Below are positions 1 through 6,887 of a stretch of 32,000 bases of DNA, piece after piece. A program made the translations under genes and the position numbers. This stretch comes from Planctopirus limnophila DSM 3776. GTDB lineage: Bacteria; Planctomycetota; Planctomycetia; Planctomycetales; Planctomycetaceae. Within the stretch, counting starts at the first letter, position 1. Each line of letters opens with the position of its first letter. A model generated the notes under the pieces. That model was not told where the DNA came from and ran no database searches. It saw only the letters and a program-made list of their open reading frames with translations. The DNA is taken from positions 2,730,001 through 2,762,000 of the forward strand of contig NC_014148.1 of NCBI RefSeq assembly GCF_000092105.1, in the 5' to 3' direction.

Positions 1-339
1 AGGCATTGTGTGATTGAATTGGGCAAGTGGATCTTCGAGATCTGATGGCTTCAAATCTACAAGAAAAGTGCATACACGATTCGAGGACAGGCCCTTTGCC
101 AATGCACCAGACTCAAACAAAATCCAGGGGCGCTGACGATTTTCTTGGGTCAAGCAAACGATGCCAACTGACGTATCTTGCAGCTGGTCATGAATTTCGC
201 TGAACCACAAGGCACCACGATCGATGTCACGAGTGGAAAGCCATGGTCGGGTTGCCTGAAGGACACATTTGATCCAATCATTAAGAATCTCTGCGATTGC
301 TCGACTTCTCTCACCCGACCAACTGATAAACACCTTCAT
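1..339 (-). CDS. TIR-domain protein, N-terminal 113 codons only. The 3' end lies beyond the left window edge, so there is no stop in view and it is absent from the ORF track.
   Basis: Hand translation of the minus strand from ATG 339..337 gives MKVFISWSGERSRAIAEILNDWIKCVLQATRPWLSTRDIDRGALWFSEIHDQLQDTSVGIVCLTQENRQRPWILFESGALAKGLSSNRVCTFLVDLKPSDLEDPLAQFNHTMP, open through base 1. GGAG at 349..346 sits 6 nt before the ATG. The pattern FISWS..DI..G..W..I....GIVCLT.EN...PWI.FE.GA is the bacterial TIR/TIR-like signature, including the conserved Glu. Confidence 0.8.
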   Translation of the reverse strand, partial: MKVFISWSGERSRAIAEILNDWIKCVLQATRPWLSTRDIDRGALWFSEIHDQLQDTSVGIVCLTQENRQRPWILFESGALAKGLSSNRVCTFLVDLKPSDLEDPLAQFNHTMP

Positions 340-480
340 AGAATACTCCGAGATACTTCACATCCCCTAAACAGGGTTCACTACTGACATCAAAACCAAC
401 TCTAGTCTAGTCGCAATTAGCGCAGCGTTTCGCCACCTGAAACACCAACAAAGCACGAAGTTCACACCGCTTATCTATTC

Positions 481-927
481 TCAACGAGTGATACACTTCA
501 AAATCTTCTCGTTTACCTGAATCTTTTTCTCCTTCTGCCGACCTGTCAAAGCTCGCTTTCTACGAATATCATTATAGAACTTGTACTCCCAATCATTAAT
601 AAATCGCTGCTGGTGAGCGTATTCAATCATTGCGACATTGAAAGACCTTCCGGCATCCTCCCTCACATATCTAACCGACTTAAAAAGGTCATTTGACGCG
701 ATTTGAAGAAAGTTATTAACACATACATTTCCAACCTCTGTGGTGACGTTAGTAAACTGATTAACAATCACACATATCTCATTGATCGGATACTGTCCGC
801 ACGGGCATGTCAACGAAGTTTCCGAATGGTAGATCTGGTATAGACGCCACTCACTCCTCGCATGCTCCCAATCATCCGATTGACTGAGACATAAAATATG
901 TTCGTGAAGCTTCTGTTGGTTCGACAT
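481..927 (-). CDS. Hypothetical Cys/His-containing small protein of 148 aa from ATG 927. The ORF-track version 481..963 starts at a TTG.
   Basis: This is the only long ORF in the gap between the S8 peptidase stop (1035) and the TIR start (339), and it is on the same strand. It contains HEHILC and CPCGQYPINEIC...VGNVCVNNF, a possible metal-binding cluster, followed by a basic C-terminal helix. I do not recognise the family. Confidence 0.55.
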   Translation of the reverse strand: MSNQQKLHEHILCLSQSDDWEHARSEWRLYQIYHSETSLTCPCGQYPINEICVIVNQFTNVTTEVGNVCVNNFLQIASNDLFKSVRYVREDAGRSFNVAMIEYAHQQRFINDWEYKFYNDIRRKRALTGRQKEKKIQVNEKILKCITR

Positions 928-1034
928 TTCCAGACTCAGAAAGTTCTTCCCCAAAGAGTACAATTAGAAGCCCCCACAGCTTCCACGCCAATCGCGCAAA
1001 CGAAATTGAGACTCTCCAACACACATTTCACGCC

Positions 1035-3317
1035 TCACGAACGACGACGCACACGAATTCGAGATGCAAGTCTCAGATCCTGGGCCCCCCAAGACAGTTT
1101 CTCCATCTCAGTAACCATTTCATTGTATACATTTGCCTTCCCTTCCGGGTCCCGGATTGTAAGAAGCAAAACAAGCTTTTGGGGTTCCTTACACCTGAAA
1201 CCATCACGATTAAGAATCTCTAGATGAAGACGCCAGTTCTTACAAATAGGCCCTGCGGTAAAGGCCCGATAATAAAACTTCAGAGGAGACCACTTAAACC
1301 CCTCAGAGACCATACGAGCCTCACCACCCCGAGTTACGTCTTTTGGAGCGGGCCTGAGTTGAGGATTATATACTTCTTTCCCCGTTTCGTTATTCTTCAT
1401 TACTGTCCCTAAACTCGCCGTCAGGTTCGTACGACAGTACTCCATACCGAATCGCGCATCTGTAGGCGGATCGTAAGCTAAAGTCATGAAGACTTCCGCT
1501 CGCAATCCTTTATTGGGAATGACGAGAGAACTTGGCATGGGGAATTGATGCTTCTCAAAGAAATGGCGATCAGTCAATTCAGCATGAAAGATGACCGTAG
1601 CCGAGGACTGCGTGCAATTCAGAATTTCTGACACATCTCCCGGACTCCCAAAACCCTTATAACGAACATCCAGGGCATCTGGGCAGCCTGATCTAAGAAA
1701 TGCAGAATGGGCAATCAGTCCTTTGACATATGCCGGAGACAAATTGCCTTCTGGCTCAAGCTCGCGATATATGTTCGCGGCAATGTTTGAAATATGAGGA
1801 GCAGCAAAACTGGTACCAATATTCTCGGCCAGATTTCCGTGGCCATCTGTAGATACTACGCCGCATTGCAAGCAATCCCCAGTTTCATCACAGTTGCCAC
1901 CGTAGTGACTGACTTCTGGTTTAATGTAGAAATGTGGCGCGGGACCACGTCGCGAAAATCCCGAAGGTTCATCAATTCCAACACATGACGATTGATTACT
2001 GATGTGAGCGATCGATCCAACGGTCAATCCTCGAACGGAATCAGCAGGAGGACAGATTCGATCGTTCTCACCCAAGTTCTCTGGTGGCCAAGTGCGGAGT
2101 GGAGGTGTTTCATAGTTTCCTGCTGCAATTACAAACAGTACATTGCGCTTCTTTGCAATTGAGTCCAGCTTACAGGCCAGAAGCGAAAACCTCGCATCAG
2201 AACATGGTGTTGCTTGGCCTAGGGAAAGATTCCAAACTCTCACATCGGAGTGGTCGCGAACTGCATTCTCGATTACAGTAATTAAATCATACTCTGAGAT
2301 TTGACCACTAGCATCAATGGCAACCACGTCGACAACACGAGACTGCGCTCTTGGGAATCGATTATCTGCGCCATTTAGTGCCCGACTATTCGCGATTAGG
2401 CCAGCAACAAAACTTCCGTGATTGAAGTCGTGTTGCGTTTTGACCACCACATCACGTCTCGCCACGTATTCTTGAAGTCGCCTGTTGGTTGGATCTGTAC
2501 CACTGTCAATCACCCCAACAAGTCCATATTCCTTAGCTGGATCAAAACTTGGGAACCGCCTTTCGTCGAGTTTACCTACAATATTTGCCGCCGTACGAAC
2601 AAGGCGAAACTCAGGAAACAGTCCTATGCTTTGCGTACCCACGAAGGCTGCCAACGCTTTTATGGACTTCGTTGTCACGGATTTCACGGCGTAGACAGTT
2701 ACATCATCACCATAGTCAACCGCCTCAAGATCTGGCAACGCCTCTGATCTCGCAACAGCCTTAAACTCCTGCTCAATAAGCTTATCAACTGCGTCAACGC
2801 CGTGACGAAACAGGCGAATTCGAATGGGAGCGTTCTTCCTTTTTGCCGTTTTGGCTATATACTCTGGCGAATACCCTTCAAGTGCATCTTTTGCCTTAAA
2901 CGCAAGAAGGCGATTAAGTGTCGAAATGTTCGCTTGATGCTTTTTTGTTTGACCCTGCTCAATCTCATAAGCCAACGCCCTGAGCCCTTCGGAACTCACA
3001 CTTACCAACAACTCTGATGGACCTTCAACACCAATGATGGGGCAGGTTTCAGAATTAAACAAAGTGCCTGGCCGGTATGATTTGGCCCCTGCCTCAGGTT
3101 TCAGCAGGACTTTTGCTACGGCAGGGATTGTAGGATGTTCTGCGAACGAAGCCGAAAACTCCTTTCGCAGAGATGCAACTTCGCTTGAATACTTCTTGCG
3201 CAACTCTTGCGTGACAGGCTCAAAGATTTTTGTTTCGCCCCCAGCATTGGGATCGAGACGATAATCCAAGTCTTTACGGGCCAAAACCACCTTCATGGGT
3301 AAGAATATTTTAGGCAC
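1035..3317 (-). CDS. Subtilisin-like serine peptidase (MEROPS S8), IetS-like, with an N-terminal extension of about 260 aa and a C-terminal domain of about 200 aa
   Basis: The catalytic triad motifs appear in S8 order: Asp in GVIDSGTD, His in HGSFVAGLIA, Ser in GTSFAAPHISN. The oxyanion Asn lies in VIAAGNY. The start is GTG 3317..3315, preceded by AGGAG at 3329..3325 with 7-nt spacing. It overlaps the ATPase stop by 8 nt. An alternative ATG lies at 3296. Confidence 0.85.
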   Translation of the reverse strand: MPKIFLPMKVVLARKDLDYRLDPNAGGETKIFEPVTQELRKKYSSEVASLRKEFSASFAEHPTIPAVAKVLLKPEAGAKSYRPGTLFNSETCPIIGVEGPSELLVSVSSEGLRALAYEIEQGQTKKHQANISTLNRLLAFKAKDALEGYSPEYIAKTAKRKNAPIRIRLFRHGVDAVDKLIEQEFKAVARSEALPDLEAVDYGDDVTVYAVKSVTTKSIKALAAFVGTQSIGLFPEFRLVRTAANIVGKLDERRFPSFDPAKEYGLVGVIDSGTDPTNRRLQEYVARRDVVVKTQHDFNHGSFVAGLIANSRALNGADNRFPRAQSRVVDVVAIDASGQISEYDLITVIENAVRDHSDVRVWNLSLGQATPCSDARFSLLACKLDSIAKKRNVLFVIAAGNYETPPLRTWPPENLGENDRICPPADSVRGLTVGSIAHISNQSSCVGIDEPSGFSRRGPAPHFYIKPEVSHYGGNCDETGDCLQCGVVSTDGHGNLAENIGTSFAAPHISNIAANIYRELEPEGNLSPAYVKGLIAHSAFLRSGCPDALDVRYKGFGSPGDVSEILNCTQSSATVIFHAELTDRHFFEKHQFPMPSSLVIPNKGLRAEVFMTLAYDPPTDARFGMEYCRTNLTASLGTVMKNNETGKEVYNPQLRPAPKDVTRGGEARMVSEGFKWSPLKFYYRAFTAGPICKNWRLHLEILNRDGFRCKEPQKLVLLLTIRDPEGKANVYNEMVTEMEKLSWGAQDLRLASRIRVRRRS

Positions 3318-4413
3318 TAGCGGGCTCCTGATTCAAACGTTCTGATATATAGGACTGTGAAAGCCCGAAGAGCTCAGACAGCTTCTTCTGAGTGAACCGT
3401 TTCTTGTCAACCTTCCGAATCGCTCGAAGAATTGCAGCCACGTCGGATGTACCAGTAAAACGAGCACACATCTCAACTAAGTTGACTGATTGCTGATCGT
3501 TGACCACAGCCTCTCTTACCAGGTTTTCAGTAATGTCTTTAAGCTGTGCACCCGACATCCCCTCACTCAGGCACGCAGCGACCTCGACGTCCTGTGCTGT
3601 TGCAAACCGCCCCAGTACAAACCGTATCAGCTCCTGTCTCGCAGCCAGACCGGGAGTACTCATCTCGATTTTGTAGGCAAATCGACGCCAAACGGCAGGA
3701 TCAAGTAGGTGCGGATGATTGGTCGCCGCGAGAAGAACATGGTCCCGCCCCATTGCATCGATGTTTTGCATCAAACTAATCACAACTCGTTTCAACTCAC
3801 CTAATTCCCGATCGTCATCTCTCATCTTTGCCAACGCGTCGAACTCGTCAAGAAACAACACGCATGGACGTGATGCAGCGTGTTCGAAAAGTTGCCGTAT
3901 ATTCTTTGCAGTACTTCCTAGATAGGAAGAAATTAGTGCATCCGACCTAGCTGTGATGAGGGGATACTTCAGTTGTGCTGCAATATATCTAGCCAACTGA
4001 GTTTTCCCGACCCCTGGGGGACCATAAATAAGGAGAGATGGTGAGATACCGACACCGTTGGCAATCAGCCGATCAGCAGCCCTAAAATATAACAGGAATT
4101 GATCGACTACTTTCTGAACATCCTCCGAAAGGAAGACCGAAACATCGGCTTCAACTGGTCGCTCCTCGTCGGCAACTGGAATTCTTGATTCACCGTCCAC
4201 TGGCAGCAGTGCCTGGCCACCTTGTCGAGCTAGAGAGATGTTCGAAGCAGAACTCTTTCCGACAATCTGCCTCATACGCTTGGCAGCCGCCAACTCGCCG
4301 CCCGATTCGAGCCTGCGGGCAAGTGATTCCGAGTAGGCCAGCACTTTTTCGTGGTCGCCACTGGCAGCTCCCTCGATGATTTTATTGATGTCAAAAAGGT
4401 AGTCACGAATCAT
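3310..4413 (-). CDS. AAA+ ATPase (classic clade), IetA-like, with a C-terminal helix-turn-helix-like tail
   Basis: Walker A is GPPGVGKT and Walker B is VLFLDEFD. Sensor-1 is LLAATN and the Arg-finger region is VWRRF. The C-terminal KKLSELFGLSQSYISERL looks like an XRE-type HTH. The start is ATG 4413, with AAGGGG 7 nt upstream. Confidence 0.85.
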   Translation of the reverse strand: MIRDYLFDINKIIEGAASGDHEKVLAYSESLARRLESGGELAAAKRMRQIVGKSSASNISLARQGGQALLPVDGESRIPVADEERPVEADVSVFLSEDVQKVVDQFLLYFRAADRLIANGVGISPSLLIYGPPGVGKTQLARYIAAQLKYPLITARSDALISSYLGSTAKNIRQLFEHAASRPCVLFLDEFDALAKMRDDDRELGELKRVVISLMQNIDAMGRDHVLLAATNHPHLLDPAVWRRFAYKIEMSTPGLAARQELIRFVLGRFATAQDVEVAACLSEGMSGAQLKDITENLVREAVVNDQQSVNLVEMCARFTGTSDVAAILRAIRKVDKKRFTQKKLSELFGLSQSYISERLNQEPASA

Positions 4414-4460
4414 GCAGCGGCCCCTTGCGCGAATTTTCTCTGTTCACCAGCTCAAACGAC

Positions 4461-4489
4461 ATCGTATCGGCGATATTATCGTCAGTCAA
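4461..4489 (-). promoter_or_regulatory. Candidate sigma70-like promoter for the ATPase/S8 operon
   Basis: The minus strand reads TTGACT (4489..4484), a 17-nt spacer, then TACGAT (4466..4461), about 48 nt upstream of ATG 4413. The host sigma specificity is unknown. Confidence 0.3.
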
Positions 4490-4522
4490 TGCGATATTTT
4501 CGCAACAATTACCGATATTTTT
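4471..4522. promoter_or_regulatory. Three direct repeats of CGATATT(A/T)T(C/T) spaced exactly 21 bp apart; operator-like array
   Basis: The copies are CGATATTATC at 4471, CGATATTTTC at 4492 and CGATATTTTT at 4513. Copy 1 is the palindrome CGATA-T-TATCG (4471..4481). Copies 1 and 2 flank or overlap the candidate -35/spacer. A fourth copy, CGATATTATA, lies at 4805..4814. Confidence 0.45.
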
Positions 4523-4908
4523 GTCGGCTTTTTGGGCTTTCCGCTGCTGCTGTGTCTTCCTGGTTCTCCGCTAAGGTCAAAACCTGTCCTTTCTGACTTG
4601 AGTTTTGTTCGGATTAATTTGTTCGACCGAGACGACGTTTCGCAAAAATCCGATGCAGCCTCATTTTGAAGGAAGAGGGTTTCTCGGATTTTTGTCTTGC
4701 ACATCTCTCCAATTCATATTGGCACTCAAGTGCGACCAGCTTACCCGGTGGATTCTTGGTTCAATTTTGAACATGTAAGCGATTGTGATTGTACTCACGT
4801 ATTGCGATATTATAACTTGAGCATTCGCACCACCATATCAACAGCTCTCGAATAATACAGTTATAAGGAACCCATTCTCTTAATCGTCTCTATATATCAT
4901 TTTTAGCC

Positions 4909-5232
4909 TTAACTATTTGGCCCGTTAAATATTGTCGGCTTTGTGGGTGTCACTGCAATAACGGCTTCATACTTCACTCCAATTGCTATTGCCGCGATTT
5001 CAAGAACAAATAACGTTTTCGTGATAATATGCTGCTGAGTGAGGCTTTCAGGAAATGTTGCGACCCATGTCGTCGTAAGATTAGTTTTTTCCCACGGAGC
5101 AGATATATATTCATAGAATGTGTCTCTCTGAGTATCGCTTGCACTCTTGAGATCAATTGTTAGGATCGCGTTAATGATTTGAACCTTATAACTGAGGAGT
5201 TGATGTTCACGAGCGGGATTCCTTAGTTTCAC
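4909..5232 (-). CDS. Hypothetical protein, 107 aa, GTG start, AT-rich
   Basis: It is the only ORF in the AT-rich stretch immediately downstream (28 nt) of the glycosyltransferase stop. It has no ATG start, no clear SD and no recognisable motif. Confidence 0.3.
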   Translation of the reverse strand: MKLRNPAREHQLLSYKVQIINAILTIDLKSASDTQRDTFYEYISAPWEKTNLTTTWVATFPESLTQQHIITKTLFVLEIAAIAIGVKYEAVIAVTPTKPTIFNGPNS

Positions 5233-5259
5233 GCTTAGTAATGTATCAACCGGAGTGAA

Positions 5260-6885
5260 TCAGTCGCCAGATAGAACAAGCACCATGTCATGTACGTATT
5301 TCTCTGCATGAGTGATCAAGGATTTGTGAATTTCCCGCATTCGCTCGGGCGTGATGTAGTGGGCGGTCACCTGTTGGTTTTCGGGCTTGGGAGTGGTCTG
5401 TTGCCCCGCCTGAAACTGCCTGCTTTTGGTCAGGCTGATTCCGGCAGCGTGCAGCACCTGGGCGACGTGCACATCTTCCTGCCAATGCTGCTGGGGCTCG
5501 CTGGCTGCCACAATCGACACGGCTTTGGGGCTCAATAAATAACCGGCCCCGCCGCTGGCTGTCTCGAATGGCCTGCCCGCCGCCACACGCTGCGGGGTGG
5601 GAGCCCCGACGTAATCGGCGGTCATCCGGTCGCGGGCCAAGATTCGGGCCACATGCACATAGGTGTCATCGTCGCACTTCAGCACTCTGGCGAAATTTCG
5701 GCTTGATTGCAGCCACCGGCAAAACCAGATCGTTTTTTCGGTGAGATGCTGGTAATCGTCCGGGCAGGGGAGCAAAAGCATATCGCCCCGTTTGTCCGGC
5801 AGTTCAACCAGATCAGGACGGCCCACCAGAAACACCAGTTCCACATCGGCGGGCAAGTCTTTTCCCCAAGTCTGGCGAATGGCTTCCCGCTTCTCGCGAT
5901 ACCGGGCTTGCTCGTTGTCGGCTGACAGTACCCCAATGATCAGCCGTCGATAGTCGCTTTTTGGGATCGCTGCGGGCGCGGGTTGTAAAGTGGCAGAGGC
6001 TGGCATCTGCTGCAGCCGGTCGAGTGCCCCCACTTCGCGGGCAATCTCGTTGAATCGCTCGATCGAGAGCCGCCCGGGGGCTGTGTAGTTGGCCTGAATT
6101 TGCTGGAACGATGGGTAAGCGAGTTCGGCAAACCCCAGCAGATCATTCCGGGCTTTGACTGACCAGGCAAACCCCTTGTAGGGTGATCCGTCCGCATAGC
6201 CGTACAGATGAATCCAGCGAAGCCACGGCAGGCATTTCACAGAACGCCCGCCTTGCCGGTATTTTTCCGGGATGTAGGGCTCAATGCCACCATGGCCGCG
6301 AACGTCAGGATGAAAGCCCAGAAATGAATCCCGCTTGGCGACGAAACAGCCGGTTCCACAGGAATTGATTTCGAATGGGGCCGCGTGGGGGTTGTCGGCT
6401 GATGGGTGAGTCGCCCAGTCGCCCCAGTTGCCGTTGGATCCATATCTGGGCAGGTAATGCGTGCCGACGATCGCGGGTTTCCCATCTGCGTTGATCAGCC
6501 GCCGCCGCAAGTTCGGGCCGAAGTACAGCCCGTCGTCAATGGTCGCTGCGAACGCCACCAGCCGGACCAGAACACCCGTATCGAGGATCACATGGGAATC
6601 AATGCAGCAGACGGCATTGCCGGTCGCATGATCGAACACCGCTTGCTTGGCCGGGCCTGCTCCCGGAGGTTCGGGCAGGTGCAGATATCGAGCGTTCGCA
6701 ATGTCTGCAACATGTTCCCGTTCGGCTTTGATGTGGGTTTCCTTGGCCGATTGGGAAATGACCAGAATTTCCACCTGATCCGTCAGGCCCAGGTCGCGGC
6801 GCGTGCGTTGCAGATCAATCAACGTGAACCACAAAGCCCGCTGATCGTCACAAGTGGGAATGCCGATGGTGAGTGCTGGATTCAT
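5260..6885 (-). CDS. Two-domain glycosyltransferase: N-terminal GT-A/GT2-like domain fused to a C-terminal GT31 (beta-1,3-galactosyltransferase/Fringe-like) domain, 541 aa
   Basis: ATG 6885..6883 lies 2 nt after the fibre stop (6890..6888). The N-terminal domain has TIGIPTCDD, the CIDSHV (DxH) motif and GTGCFVAKRDSF. The C-terminal domain has IIGVLSADNEQARYREKREAIRQTWG, PDDYQHLTEKT and KCDDDTYV, matching the three classic GT31 motifs. Confidence 0.85.
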   Translation of the reverse strand: MNPALTIGIPTCDDQRALWFTLIDLQRTRRDLGLTDQVEILVISQSAKETHIKAEREHVADIANARYLHLPEPPGAGPAKQAVFDHATGNAVCCIDSHVILDTGVLVRLVAFAATIDDGLYFGPNLRRRLINADGKPAIVGTHYLPRYGSNGNWGDWATHPSADNPHAAPFEINSCGTGCFVAKRDSFLGFHPDVRGHGGIEPYIPEKYRQGGRSVKCLPWLRWIHLYGYADGSPYKGFAWSVKARNDLLGFAELAYPSFQQIQANYTAPGRLSIERFNEIAREVGALDRLQQMPASATLQPAPAAIPKSDYRRLIIGVLSADNEQARYREKREAIRQTWGKDLPADVELVFLVGRPDLVELPDKRGDMLLLPCPDDYQHLTEKTIWFCRWLQSSRNFARVLKCDDDTYVHVARILARDRMTADYVGAPTPQRVAAGRPFETASGGAGYLLSPKAVSIVAASEPQQHWQEDVHVAQVLHAAGISLTKSRQFQAGQQTTPKPENQQVTAHYITPERMREIHKSLITHAEKYVHDMVLVLSGD

Positions 6886-6887
6886 GG

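Noticed and set aside
178-387. Plus-strand 69-aa ORF
   Set aside because: It is antisense to the strongly supported TIR coding frame and has no motif.
4486-4704. 72-aa basic ORF on the minus strand upstream of the ATPase
   Set aside because: It overlaps the candidate promoter and repeat array. It has no SD or recognisable motif and is more likely non-coding leader or regulatory DNA. I cannot fully exclude a small regulator.
4414-4908. tRNA gene or att site in the 495-bp AT-rich spacer at the edge of the phage-like region
   Set aside because: There is no cloverleaf-compatible sequence or T-loop consensus. GGTTCAATTTTGAAC forms only a 5-bp hairpin. No matching direct repeat is visible elsewhere in the window.
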